A stretch of 64,000 nt of DNA. Source: Gordius albopunctatus (Eukaryota). Under the pieces are notes generated by a model. It did not search any database, was not told the DNA's origin, and worked only from the letters and a program-made list of their open reading frames with translations. Positions 1 to 14,800 of this stretch are shown piece by piece. Location of the stretch: the NCBI GenBank assembly GCA_964276515.1, contig OZ193910.1, positions 3,658,001-3,722,000 of the forward strand, read 5' to 3'. Within the stretch, counting starts at the first letter, position 1. Each line of letters begins with the position of its first letter. A program made the translations under genes and the position numbers.

Positions 1-180
1 GCCCTTGAACAACTTCTTCGCTCTCCTCGTCACTTCTTTGAACGAACATTTGGTAGGGTTATCCGGGTACGCGTCGTCCGTAATAACCTTAAACGCCCCG
101 CCGATAACGAACTTAGCAACCTGCACGTTTTCTGGGTATCGCATAACGTCTCTTATTGTGCCTTAAGTTGGCCTCGAATT
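1..180 (-). mobile_element. Degenerate Ty3/Gypsy gag N-terminal fragment, running off the window edge
   Basis: The frameshifted minus-strand translation ...LLSSLSAGRLRLLPDDAYPDNPTKCSFKEVTRRAKKLFKG resembles Gypsy gag N-termini. A possible PBS-like TGGCGTCGTGAC lies upstream on the minus strand at about 374-385. Recognised from memory only. Confidence 0.35.
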
Positions 181-181
181 G

Positions 182-370
182 AATTAGAAATGTTTCAATG
201 AAATCTCTTAACCTGAATAATTCCATGTCGTTTCTAACGATTATTCAATTAGAAATGTTTCAATAGAATCTCCACTTTTGAATAATTCCTTGTCGTTTCT
301 AATGATTATCGAAATCAAATGTTTCAACAGAAGCTCCTCTTCTGAATAATTCACCGTTAGTTCTCATGAG
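182..370. repeat. Three diverged tandem copies of a ~65-bp unit
   Basis: A unit of the form AAATGTTTCAA...TGAATAATTC...TCGTTTCTAA recurs at about 182, 247 and 312. Confidence 0.75.
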
Positions 371-574
371 TTAGTCACGACGCCAATTTTAGATCTATTC
401 GATCTGACTTTATTAGAAATCAATTCACTTTACAAGGAACACGCGCGCGAAGAAACACAAAAAACGCGATATGTAATAAAAACACGCGATAGGAAAAGAA
501 TAACATGTGTTCTCTATCTTTTAGCTCCACGAGCAAAATAGAATTTAAGCGTACATTACACATCGTCAGTTATC

Positions 575-810
575 CTCTACAACAATTTGACGTCCATCAA
601 CTTGTCCTTGAATAATTTGCTTAAAACGATACCGACCCCGTCTCTAGGATTTGGTGACCCGTTGTATTTGTATCCTTCTCTTAGCCCCGAGCTTTGGTTC
701 CATTCCACTTCGTCTTCTGTAGACAGGCGATGTGTACCTTTCTTGTTTTTGCATTTGTGCAACCTCTATGCTTTTTATAGTCAACCTTCCATTCGTATGT
801 TATCCTCATT
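575..810 (-). mobile_element. RTE LINE fragment (AP-endonuclease 5' part), same family as 57739-60777
   Basis: Translation EGYK..GSPNPRDGVGIVLSKLFKDKLMDVK parallels the plus-strand RTE at about 58040-58220 (EGYKLFYSGSSNRRNGVGIVLSESFKDKVVEVK). Confidence 0.8.
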
Positions 811-2813
811 CTAACCACTAAATTTCTCAAACGCTTTTTTTATGAGTCAAGCGGTAACGCTAGAGTATTTTTTACATTGCACGGTCGGGAAGCGCGCGTC
901 ATTTGTGGAGGAAGCCATAGATTTCAATTGTAAAGTTAATATCACGACTATGGAGAATGTTTTTACAATCGGTTTCCAACCTGAAGCCATTCTCAACCTT
1001 TTGCACACGGGCTTGGAAACGTCAAAGTTTTCCTTTATGGTTTATAAAGCTACATTGTGTCTTGAAATGGTAGGTTATGGCGGGTATACTTTATAAAGCT
1101 TTGGCTTCTTTTTTGTTGATATCCAAAGTCCGCAAATTAAAAGTTTTTAGTTCTGCCTTCCTGGCCCAGCGCCCCTGACAACTTGAATTTATTGTATAAC
1201 GCCCAACCCGCCCTGCCTTGCCCGGATAAAATATTTTGTTAAATGTAAAAAACAAGAGCAAACAATCTTTATATTGTGAAAATAAGCATCATAAATAACA
1301 TTTAATGTTTAATTAAAAATAAGTCATTTCTAATATCCAAGGATAAATAAATCCCTCTTTGGTAAGAATAACTGCTTCAAAGTTACAACGGGCCATTAAA
1401 AGAACTTTGGACCTTTGAATAATCATTAATTCTTTACCCAAGTACATCAGAATTTTTGTTTTATATTTTGTTGTTCTTTGCCATCATCTTCACTAAGATT
1501 TTTTCCAAACTAGCTAAAATGCTAAATAAATTATTTAAAGATATCTCTTTAAATTAACTTGATGGGTATTTTATGCAATGGCTTATAAGACTTTATCTGT
1601 TCCTGCTTTTTACATAAATCATTATTTTATTTCAAATGTTTGTTTAATCATTTTTAATAACTTACTTTATAACTACTAGATTTAGTACATTAATAAATTG
1701 CAAAGTAAAAAATTTTGAAATTGCAATTCTTATTAATTTAACGATAATAAATTTTTTTGTATTTCATATGTGTTGTAGTCGTAGTTCTCGTGATTGCAAT
1801 TCGACGATTTCACATAATCGCTATAAATTAGATATGAAATTACCATTTAATAAATTTCCTATTTAGGCATGTACTATTTAATTTTACACTTTATTTTTCT
1901 AAGTGAGAGTATCATTATTATTGAATAAACAACAAAAATCACCACTATACACAACGTTAAAACATATGTCTGCATATAAAAATATGCATAAAAGAAAGTT
2001 AAAAGACACTCGCGTGTCTAAAACAATATAGTAGACATATTCAATATACTCAAGGAGCATAGATATATATGCATATCATGGTTCGGAGGACAGAAATGGT
2101 ATATATATTCATTATTGGAAATATTTTATGAGTGGTAAATAAAATCCAGTTATGTTTATAAATAGTTTCGCAATATTTAATTTATTAAAATAACATATTA
2201 TGCATAGAGGTATGAAAATATAATGTGTTGCATAGCCAAACTGCCATTATACTTTGTACATTATATCTAAGTATTGTATGTTTTAAATATATATATGATG
2301 CCCCTTATTTGACATTTACAATCAAATTGAATGTTACATGCACAGATCGACGACGACAGATACAAAAGTAGAAGACATTTAATAAACTAGTGCGCATGAT
2401 ATGAATTAGTAAAAAACACGAAAGAGTAGAGTAGTTGTTGGATGGGAATGTTCAAAGATAGAATGAAGTGTCATATAAAAAATAGTTATTATTATATAAA
2501 AATTTGGTGCTGTGACATAATTTATAAATGCGTTCATGTATGAGAAAATACATTGTGAAAATAAATGACTGCGAACGAATTGAGTATATAGCAAGAGTAT
2601 AGAAATTGTCTAGAATGTTATGATTGCATGAAATTGAATCAATTTTGGTTTATAAAAGTTATTTGCACTTTAAACACAACATATAACAAAAATAGTATCT
2701 AAGACTTGGCAAGGGGTACGTCCTCCATCTCGAGAGCTAGCAATGTACAAATTCTTTGGTTTAGGTTAAATACCCATGGTTTTATTAGCACAAATTTTAT
2801 TGCCGATCACGAT

Positions 2814-5800
2814 TCAACTGACAGAAATATACTCATTCTTAGAATTTAAGGATGAGTGGCACGTTGTTGGTATGTTCGTCTTATCAATATCGCTAGCCAT
2901 AGTTAAATCTGATGACAATTTGCTGATACCACTAAACTGTTTGGTATTTCCCTTAGAAATTTCGATATCGTGTATCGACAAATCACTGCCAGTAAAAACG
3001 TCGCTATCACTGGAAGGATGAGGGCCATTAGTTGGCGATATCGTTATTTTAGAAACATAGCCATCGTCTTCTTTACCACATTTCGTGGTGGCTTCAAGAG
3101 CAGACGCTAAATCCCATTTCTGCATAATTGACCTAGGATTTTGATATTCTTTGGTTCCATTTTGATTGTGAACATTTAATCGGACCTCAAAATTAGGGTA
3201 AGAGGCAATATCGCTCGAGGAATTTAAGTAATGAATTACGTTTTCCCGATATGGCCTATTGGATTTAGCAATCAACTCATCGCATAATTCAGGTTCATCC
3301 TTGCATGATGCTGATTCGTTAAGCCTAGTTGATTCTTCTACTCTATCTATACCAATTGAATATAAAGTAATATTTTTAATCCATAAATACTTTTAGAATC
3401 TTAATTTAAATATTCTGAACGCATTTAAAATAGTCAAAAGGTAACGTTTGTTTATATAATTTATTGTATTGAAAGACATGAAGTATCAACTCACTTTGGT
3501 AGGTGGGTATCAAGTTGTCCGAGCGAGAGCGTATAGCCAAATTCATAGGAGCAGAGCTAAAAAGATTAAGGTTTAAACTTTTTTTTAAATTAACATTTTT
3601 TATTAATATTTTTAATTTTAAAGATGATCGATTATTTTACCTTCCGTCATTTTCTTTTGTCGGTTGGATTGGTGGTGAAAAAGAAGCAGGAATTGAGACA
3701 TTAACGCATTTTATTTTGGGCGATGACTTAGATACTGTAGGACTGCCAAAACTAGAATTTGCGCTTTCTACACTATGCCCATTAAATTTCGTTGGCACGG
3801 ATGAGGTGAATCCATCGCTTGATCCATTGGTTGTCGACTTAGATGTAAATTCAAGTCGTGCGTTTAATTCAGGGAGCGGTCTTTTTAAAGCAGGTACCGA
3901 GGTCGAATTGTGAACTGAAGATGGAGTTGATTTTAGTAATGAGTCATATATGCTAAAAACGCCTCCTCTAACTCTTCCGCCATTAGCCAAAGGACACCCA
4001 GATATGCTATAATAATAAAATGTCCATGTTATAACAAGAACTCATCTAAATTGAACAAAATACAAATATTGCACAAAGTTCTAACCTGCGGTGGCTCAAA
4101 TATTTCCCTGTGACATGACCTGATCCATCGCAACCAGACGTTGGACACCTGCAACACATAATAATAATTAAATTATGCAAGTAAATTTAAAGCTAATTCA
4201 AGATAATTTTATGATAATCCCTATCATTACTTTAAAGCGTCGGTTGATGAAGCAGTCAAAGTGGAGAAGCCGGTATAAGGTAGATTTTTCAATATAGAGT
4301 AATCGTATCGAGCGGCAAAGTGGCGATTTAAAACTGAATTGTTCTTTTCGGAATTGTTTGCGTTTAGCGACAAATTTCCAATCATGAATTCTGTTGAGTT
4401 GTTATCGATCTGATGGTTTTGGTGACTGATTGGAGGCGACTTAGTGAAAGATATACCGTTAGGTGGTATCATGTAGATTTGTTTCCGACGCAGAGCAGAT
4501 GCGGCCGCCAGTAATGGACAACCTGAGGCACTACGATGTGATGAATAATTGCCTGTCACGTGACCTGATCCATTACATCCCGGAGTGGGGCACCTTAATT
4601 TATGAAATGAACAACTTAATTAATCAAAATATTTATGAATGTTATATAAACTAGGGAATGTCGTATATTCAAATCGCTACTTACTTGTTTATTATAGTAC
4701 TAGGGGTGGAGGCAATCACTCCTTGTTCAGCTTGTAGATACTTAAGGTAAGACGATTTAGCAGGGGATCCAGGCAAAGATTGACCATATTTTTTTAGCGA
4801 TGGTAGGCCTAAAAATACACTGTCCATTCTAGGCACGCCCCTCTCACCCATCAAGTCTGGTATTCGAGGCAGATCATGTAATGGGTTAAGTTTATTTCTT
4901 GAGTTGCCCAACAAATTTTTTAATGGAGTATCTGGACTATGGCTAGCTTCATCCAAATGTTCAAGTCTATTGTCTGCTTGTTTCCGACTTAGATCGGATG
5001 CAGAGTCAGAAGTTTGTTTGCGTTGAAATGGCAATGACGAGTTAAATTTATCCAAGCTATATTATTAAAATTTAAAGCTTTAACAAAATCATTTAGAACC
5101 TATGAAAAATATCATATAAATCAAATTATAGGCCATTATATCAGGCAAGTAGTTGCAGCTTACTTTATATGAAATTGTTCATATTCTGTCATATCGAGCT
5201 TAGACCTTTTGGCATCAGGGATACAACGATCTCCCTTTAACTTTCGATCAGACAACGAGTCACCAGAGTTGGACAAGTCTAATGGTCTTTCCTGGACATT
5301 GTCATTATCTTGAAACCAATCGTCGTTATCGGGTTCAGCCTTGCAAGAGGAGCCGTTATTTTTTGTAGTTTTCGATTTTAGATTTATTTTACATGATTCA
5401 TTGACATTTTCCGAATGTCCAAGACTTAAACTTTGCAAATAGCGGTGGTAAATGCGATAAGGATCGTAATATTCTAAACTTTCACTCAGGGTATTAGCTG
5501 GGATTGGGTTCTCCTTTATGGGAGAATTGGGTGCTGTGTGTGACTTATTAACCATTTTATTGAATATTTTTTCGCTTTCATCCGATTTAAAGTGACTTTC
5601 TTCATCCCTGCCCGACATTGATGAGTTCGGCCACATGCACGCGTTGTAGTAAAGCGACTTCATCCATTCATTATAATCTTCATTGGTTTTGTTATTGTCC
5701 TCACTCAATGCCTTTTTAGGTTCAACTTCACTAATCGTAAGTTTACTCTCTATTTCTGTATCTTCCTCTTCTTCATCTTGACTAGCAATCCCAGTTCCGT

Positions 5801-8800
5801 TATCATCTTCTTCAATATTAGCTTTTCCCTCTGCTCCCATGTGCTGTGGCATCATTAAACCTAACGGGGGGTAGAAGGGGTATGGGAAATATGGCTGAGC
5901 CATGTTAGAAGCATACAAATAGGGATTTTGTCCGTAATTAGGCATGGAAAATGGAAATGGAACTGAGGAAGGGGTTTGCATCAAGGGATTTGAAGATGGC
6001 ATAGCGGCCCATGGATTAGTTTCGGGCATTAAGTAGGGTGCGTATGGCATGGTAGGGACGTTAGGAAATTGACTCAACATAGATGGAACTACCATTCCAT
6101 TCAAAAAATTGGCATAGGCATTTTCGGTCTGGCTTGTAATTGTGTTTTTGGTCAATTTTTTAGAGGCGGGATGTGTTCTGTTTACGTTTTCGCACGAACC
6201 GTGTTCCCATATTTTTTTCGGGCGACCACCATTGTTCAACATAGTTGATAGACTGGGTTGCGACGATGCGGTTGATATTGCTAAGTCCAATGGCGACACG
6301 ACTGTACCGTTAGTTTGTCTAAATCGAATTATACAATTAGTCATTCACTAAAATAACAGTCAGGCTTAATAGTTTTACAAAATAAACCTATTAACTCATA
6401 TTTGATGTTGCGGCACATCAAGACAAAAAACCTATTACAATTTGATCGTAGTTGAAAGTTTATAAATCCTGCCTTAGTGCGGAGGCGAAATAAATACAAA
6501 AGTTTTGAAAGTAATACTTGGTGGAATATAGGGTTGGTAAAATTAACATGGTTGGATTTGGTTATGTTGGGAGGTTGGCATTTAACATAAGTGGTATTTT
6601 CGTAGTAACTGGTATTATAAAAAATGTAGATAAGAGAAAACTTCAAAATGAAAGGAACTGGGGTCGGAGTGTTTTAAATATCTGTTACCAAATTTACTTT
6701 CTACAGCTATACATCTCAAAAATAGGGGGGGGGGGTAATCTTAGTCAAATAAGGAAGAGGTACGACGTAAGTTTGAATTTATTTTATTTGCAATAATAAC
6801 ATCCTTCCTATAGAGATGAGTAAAATTGAAGACGTTAGAATAAATAAAAGGCATTTGCCAAAGTCAACTCGTGATGATGACTGAACAACGACGACAACCT
6901 GTAAACTAACTCAACTTTCAGCCGGTTTTGCCTAAAACCCTGTTAAATATTTATTCATGAAATAATTATAAAATTGATCATCTTTAAAAAATATTTGCCT
7001 TCACACAAATCATATTGGCATATATTCAATTTGGACCTGATTTATAGTGATTTATAGTATTGATTCAACATTTAATGTTTAAAATTCATGCCGATTGGCT
7101 AACTCGAAGACAATTTTGTTCATTTTCAACTTTAAAGTGTTTAGTTTTTTGGCTTATTACTTAGAATTTATGCAAAGCCAAAAGTTGGGCCATTTTTTAG
7201 AGGTTGTAGCAATCAAATTGCAAATTTTGATTTGCTTTGGTTATTAGATATTGATTTTATTTCTATATAAAAATAATGAATAAAGATTTCTTATGATATA
7301 GATTATATTCACAGAATAAAAGTATGATACAATCTTAACGTAAAAGAAATTATTCTTGTATCCTTCACAAATCTCAAGTTTTTCAACATAACAAATAAAT
7401 TACAATTGTTACCCAATCATTTCCCTTAGCCTTATTCCCATAAATATAAAAGTTTATTTTCTTAGATATTTTGATGGGCGTAGTCAGCATTGGATTAGAG
7501 GGGGCAATAATGATTTAGGGAAGGGCAAAATGAACATTTTTTGAAATTTTAGCCAAAATTTTCATAAATCTACGCCCATGGATATTTAACAAAATCACGG
7601 TCATAATTTCAAAAATTATATTATTCGATCTGCCCCATATTATAATAACCGACTTTCTATCACTCCAACTTAAGTCCTTGATATGCCCAAGCTGCTTGTC
7701 CACCTAAAAATTGTTGGTTCGCAACGTCAATCCCGATTAAATAGACTTAGTTTACTTAGATAAAACATTATAAAGGGGGCAAGGTTAAAATTGTTTGAGA
7801 TCTAATTTGAAAGAAAACAGGCTCTATTTTTTGACCCGAGATCGACTATTTTGGGATCGATGGTTAATTAATAAATTAAAATAATTTGGAGTTTGGGAAT
7901 TTGGATTAAATCTACAAAAACAAATCAATTACCACACTACCAATTTTTTGGCATCCGGATATTTAATTTGAGTTATAGTTAGTAGTATTTTCTTTAAAAA
8001 AGCACTTAAATTTACGTTTCAAAATTGATTTTAATTTTTAAATGTTATAACTTTTTTAAGTTAGCAATTATTTTTGTGTAAAAAACTTGATAGGCTTAAA
8101 ATTAGGAGACAAATGTTAAGCTTGTTTGTCAATAATTTGATTATCAATATTCATTCATAATTATGTACAATTAAACCGGTAAAACCTTTAAATCTATAAT
8201 TTATATAATAAGATAATAAAAAAAATGGAATTATTTAATTTAAGTATAAAATTCGGTTACAAATACTTAATTAAAATCGAAATAGTTCAGATTCTTTTAA
8301 TAAATACATAAATTTGTCTAAATATACGAAACTAATTAAATGATTAAAGCGGCTAACCTATTTTCTTCTTTATTTTCATTGTGAAGATCCGTTTTAGGCT
8401 CAGTTCCGTCATCTAAATTGTTAAAAATTTTATTTAAATTGAGAGTAAAGAGTATATATAAGCATAAATTTTTCAAAAAATTTATTAAAAAATTTTTTTT
8501 ACCTTTCTCTAACTTAGAGTCTGAGACTTTATTTTCCATGGAATTCTCTGAATCGGCGATATTTTCTTGCTGATTTATTTCAATTTTGTAGCTATTGTTG
8601 GGTGTGCTAGTGATTATAAATTTATTGATTGCAGCCATCGGACACCCGGCTAAACTGTATGTGTGAATAAGGGGTAAATAAATTTCAAAATTTATAATGT
8701 TTGCACCATCGACAAAATTCATAATATAATTTTAAGTTTTTGCGACAAATAATTGTGACCATGAATAAATGCTCTTTAAACTTTTTAAAGATTTATGATA

Positions 8801-11800
8801 GGAAGAGAGAGTAAATGAAATGCTTAATTTGTCAAAAATTATATAGGGGAAATCGGGGCTAGTCGTAGCCCGGGGTTACTATTATCTTTCTAATTATTTT
8901 TTTAAATAATAATGATATTAAATCAAAATTTGAACCATATGTGTATTTTTCCATAAGGTATAAGCAAAAAATATTTTGTTTAGAAAAAATAAAATTTAAA
9001 ATTTTTATTGGGGAAAAACGATTTTTCGGGGTTATTAGTAGGCTTGACAAAAAATTTTATTTTGCACATAAAATTTTTTTGGCTGAGGATTTTGGATTAA
9101 TTTAAATTTTATCTTATAAAGGGAGATTTTTTATATAAAAACCGTCTAATGATTAAATTTTTATATGCAATATAACATCTTAAATTATTAATTGTTTATG
9201 AAAATAGGGGTCGGGGCTATTCGGAGAGGGGCTATTGCTAGCCATTTTTCATTGTGTTTTACAAATGACAAGATTTAAAAAAACAAAAATTTTGTTTAAT
9301 AATCTAACTTAGTGTTATTTGGAATAGAAATAGACTATGATTATACATTATAAAACGACTAAAAGTTTTTTTCCATTGCTAAATCCGTCTTTTAAGTGTT
9401 CTTAAGTCAGATTATCATCTTGACCCTTTTTTATTTGTTTTATATAAAATACAATCATATTACATCTGCATTTTCTACATTTTTTATAATTAAACAATCT
9501 TTTTATTGATTTGAGTTAGCATACACTAATAAGAAGTGAAAACGTCAGAGTTAATCTGTCGGCTATGACTAGCCCCGGGCATTTTTGAAATTTTTTGGAT
9601 TTTTGTTTTTTTTAAACTTAATTTGTGAGAAAACTATTATTTATTTCCCTCTAAATTTTTTTCCTGTAGTAAAAAAAACCTTAAAAATATATTCCAACAA
9701 AAAAATTGGAAAAATAATTTTTAATTTTTTTTTAAAACGCGATTCAATTTTTTATGACTAAAGTAGCCCCGGTCTTTCCTAGATAGCAAATATGAAAATG
9801 GACTTTTAAATATAGCCCCACTTCCGCAACCCTACTTTTTCCTTCGATTTTAGTGACACCCTAAATCAAAATTTTCACTGGGGCAAAGGATGAAATTAAT
9901 GTCAATAATATATTTATCCAAGGAAAATGGTCAAAGGCCCAACCTCTGCAAACTTATATGTACAAATAATCATGTAGGACCTAGGAATTCACCTTGTTAA
10001 AATAAATATATATTAATCAAGCCACCCTGCGTAATTTTTGCAATAGATTCAATGTTTGTTTTAAATAACGGAATTAACTTTATTTATTTAGCAGGCACTA
10101 CGCCTATGGACCACCAAAATATTAAAATGATTTTTTAATCATTTCGAAAGCTAAAACCAATGTAAAACTATTACTATGATCCCGTAATTATAAAACTTAC
10201 AAATATCTTATAAACTCAAAATTCGGGTAAAAATATGTCAGATTTTAAATTGGGCTACAAAAATGTATTAAAACCGGTGGTAAATTGGTATTCAATCTAA
10301 GGCAAAACAAAATTAACCTGTTTGTGAATAGGATGCTTGAGAGACTTGGTTTAAAACTTTTTTGGTGCGAAATAAAATAATTTTAAATGAAAAATAAAGT
10401 TTTTCTATAAGTCAAACCCCTCTTCCGCCTCCACTTAAACAGATGAATCAATATTACAACACTTTTAAGCACTTGATTAAACAAACTAAAAATTTGCAAA
10501 TTCATGGGATTGACGTTCTTTGGCTGTGATGTGACGTATGGGCAAAATAGACAAACTTGGCCAATTAACTGGATATTAAACACCTTTTTATAAAGTATAG
10601 TTTAAATGAAACTGTTACTATTTTTTGTCAAAACATGATTTCTATTAAAAAATGAATGCATTTAAAAAGCTAACGAGGCGATTATAATATTATACGGCTG
10701 TTAAATAGTGTATTTATTCACTACTAAGCAATCCTAAAGCCACCCACCCATCCACCCCGCGCTCGAAACAATTCTCCTATTCTGCCTAGGTTGTAATTAC
10801 GCGAATCATGTAACGCGACCTCCATCATTTTGCTATGTAGTTATATGCGCATTACCCAATCACTATTATAATAACACATCATAAAAGAATGAAACTGGCC
10901 TTACTAACAATAATATATGATCTATAGTGAGGAAAGGAGACTAGGTTTAAAACTTTGATTCACCAAAAAAAGAGCAACTCCTTCTATATTTTTTGTACAA
11001 AATTAATTATTAGAATCTTCAATCAACCGCCTTTCCCCACCCCCTTCATATAGGAAAAACTGTAGCCTCGTGCCACTCCTAAAAATTGCATAGCAAATTA
11101 AACTGCTTCTTTTATACGAAATTTAGAAGAGATGGGGTTCGGATTTGGAATTTTAACAGGCAAGTAAGATCCGAACGAGGAGTTTTTCAAATATTTAATT
11201 TATGACCACTCTATATATCGTTGCAGTTGTTTTACTTTAATTAAATTGATTAATCAACTCTTTACGCACTTATTAAATTTTGATTAAAATTAATTAGTCT
11301 TTAAAATGCCAGTACCTCCCATGGAGCAAACTGTAAAGGATTAACAAAAATTTAGATACAACCCCCATTAGGACGTTTTAGATATGTCATATCTTATATG
11401 TATTGTGTTGGAGTCTATCAACCGGAAGAATCAACTCACCTGCGATGGGAAGTGCGATTAGCGTTGACGTGTCCTTTTCCTGTACACCCCGAGGTTGGAC
11501 ACTTAAGGACGGAGGCAGATTCGTACATGGCCGATATTAAGGCAAGGGTAGGACTTTGAGCGTTCCCAGCTTTAGCTTTTAACGGGCAACCCGACAAACT
11601 TCTATGATGGTCATAAAGACCTGTAACATGACCAGTTCCTTCACAGCCAGGCCAAGGGCATTTGGAGGGTGTGTGAAGTGTTTTATTGGTATTACGAGAC
11701 GAACATGAAGAGGATGAGAGGGGAGATGGGGGAAAAGTGCCGGACTGTTGTTTTGTAATCATAGTTGTTGTCATAACTACCGGATGTAGGGTGTCGGTAA

Positions 11801-14800
11801 TGCTTGTGATCGGTATCGTGGTATCCCCTTAATGTCAATAAGTCAAAAAGGATAAAGAACGTTCGTATGGGTTGCAAAATTGAGTGTAGCACGCATGAAT
11901 GAGTCAATATTTGTCGTGTGAAAAGATGGAGAGAGATGGGATGGACTTGGAGCTTAGTTATGATTGCAACTAATACTCACTAAACGTTGGCAAATACTAC
12001 GCCCAAATCGATGCGAATTAAAAGACCCAAAATAATGATTCGCTTTTATTAGCTTTCACTTAAATCAATAAAAAAATTTAATATTTACGCACACTTTTCA
12101 ACGACCCTACGAAGCGCGGTTATCTGCTCTCATTAATAAGTTATGTTAGGGGGTTTAAGGTGTTAGTAGTGTTGTGAAACGGCTAGGGTTTGATTGAACT
12201 TTGGTTTTAGTCGACTAAACATACCCGGACCAAAAGTTTTTTGCCTGTTTTTCTTAGTCGCGTAACCAGATCAAAGATTTTTTTATGTATTTAAAAATAT
12301 AGTAAAGGGCATTAATTAGCAATTTACGAACTTCTATCGATCAGACTAAACAATCTAAAATTATATAGAGGTAAATGGTTAAATTGAATGAAAAGCAAAC
12401 TCTTCATTTACCGCTTTCCCTGTCGCCATTATTTCTCCTGCATTTTTTCCCGACACTTGACTTAACTTTCTTTCCAGCTTCGGGGTGGTGATTCAATTTT
12501 TTCAACAAATTGCTGGGAGAAGACATCATTTTTACAACTTTTTCCCAAATATCCATTTGGTTCAAAGATGATTCGGTTAAGCAGCTATCGGGACTAAAAT
12601 TTTTCATAATATTTTCAAGCGAATTGAGATCGGCTATATTAAGATCTAAATTTTCGCACGCATTTTTGCCAGGGCACTTTAAATCGGGCTCACGGCATTC
12701 ACCATCGTCAATTGAGTCAAGTGGTGATGAAGACCTTTTCTGACCATTGTTTGGCGAACGACGATCCAAGGCCTCATTCCTAATGTTGTTAAAAATCATA
12801 TTTAATAAGCTACTACAATATTATGATAAATAAAGTGATAGACGTTTGATTTGTTTTCCCGTCGTTATTTGGGTGTCATTAAGGATAGTACATAAAGTGA
12901 AAGGAAAACATTAGACCAACCCCCTCTGTTCAGGTAATATATTAAGATGGATCGAGGGTAATTCAGGTACAAAAAATTACGAGATTTAATAAATATTGTT
13001 TTGGAAGGTTGTCATAGTCTATACGTTGTTGCTAATTACTAACTAGCTATATCCCGTCTCTAAATGTTATAAATATGTTGTTAAAGTATGACAAAGGGCT
13101 CGCTATACGTCAACTTCGCTTACTCGACAAGTCGAACGTCTTAGTTTTATCTTCGCTGTAAAATAAAATTTAAGCCTATTCGATTTTGCCCGGACGCCCA
13201 TTAATAATTAATTAGGGGTGATTAGTGTTCCTTGAAATATCATAAAATAGTGGCCCCTGTGTGATTATTATTAAATATTTATAGTATATACACTTTGTAG
13301 ACGACTATATGTAATTCCCCAACAACTAGTTTATATATTTTTTGGTACTAAAAAACTATTAACTCTTTATATAATTGATTAGGTTTCCTTGATCGTAGCC
13401 AATAAATCATTAAGGGTGAGGCCTTCAGAGCCATTTTTTCACAAATGTCGCAAAAATGCAGTCTTTTACGTTGAAATTGGACACCGGCTTAATTTAAACT
13501 TAGAGTCATTTGAAACTACAATAATTTTATGATGCAGGGAAATATTAATGAAGTAACACTAATCTTTTGAGGTGTCATAAAGCAGCTCAGGTGACAAGTT
13601 TTATTATGGTGTCCTCAAAAACAGGCAAGCTTAATTAGCATACTTTCAAGCTATGTTTATTTTTTTATACTTATCCCATAAATTTAATTTTATGCAAAAA
13701 AGTCTTCGTAATTTTATTATATTTATTAGCCCTCCCTTAGTATAACAAAAACCATTTATCAATATATAAATACCAATCTGCCGTAATTTTATTTGCGTTT
13801 TGACAAATGGAAATTCGCTAAAATGTTTAGGAAAATTAGATTTGGCGTTATACCAACAAAATCAAATATGATTTTATGTTTAGTTATATATTTGAACACT
13901 TAATTTAGAATACTAAAGGTTAAAATGTTTGCATAAGTCCAATATACTAAATTCCACACTTAATTTAGAAAATATTCAAGGTAAAAATGTTTGCTTAAGC
14001 CCAATACACTGACTTGCTAACAGTTTATAATTTAAGCAAATTTAAGGTGTTCTCTAGATCGTCCATTCCAAGTTTACATTAATTCATATTTACAATACTA
14101 CATACATATCAAAATGCCGTTGCAATAACTTGTACCGCTAATTTAATATTTTTATAAAAATATTAGTTTACTAAAATTTAGACATTATCATCGCCACTTA
14201 GCATATAATATCATTTGACTAAATCCAAAAATTTGTTGAAATTTATTAAAATTAGGGCTACAATTTCAAAAAATGATAATCTCGCTAGGCCCATGTTGGA
14301 TATTTATTTAGTAGGTATATATATTAAATAGAATACATCAAAAACCGAATATAATAACTTTTTCACTAACTCCCTAAATGTTTTCATATCTCAACTGTAA
14401 AAAAAATTAGAAATTAACTTCTTTTTTTGGTTTCCACTAAGCTTAATCGACTTTAAATTTTAATATGTCAGATAAAAAAATTTATAATTCCAAAACAATT
14501 TTTCTTAAAAGTATTTAACTTTGTACCAAATTCACATTTTAAGTTATTCAGCATAATAAAACGCTGATTGTGCGATATTATTTAAACTTCGGGGGGGGGG
14601 GGGGGTCAATCATTTGTTAAGCTGGTTTCTTAATTGGTAACGTGTCAAATGTGTATAATCATCAAATTAATAGATTTAAAATATCAAGGCCCTATATTAA
14701 AAATTATAATGATCAACAACACTTTTACCAATTTAATACTAACCCATCCGTCCCATAACAAAATACATTTTGTGACATACAAAAAAATCTAAAAGAAGAA

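Noticed and set aside
182..370. CRISPR-like repeat/spacer pattern
   Set aside because: The 65-bp units are similar along their whole length and diverged, so this is an ordinary tandem repeat.
3470..3480. TGAAAGACATG, identical to the recalled first 11 nt of miR-71
   Set aside because: The match stops there, no precursor hairpin is visible and chance occurrence is plausible.
6518..6609. Extra Myt1 exon within ORF 6341-6646
   Set aside because: It would end in phase 0, but the next exon (6318) needs phase 2. Direct splicing from 8358 to 6318 is already in frame.
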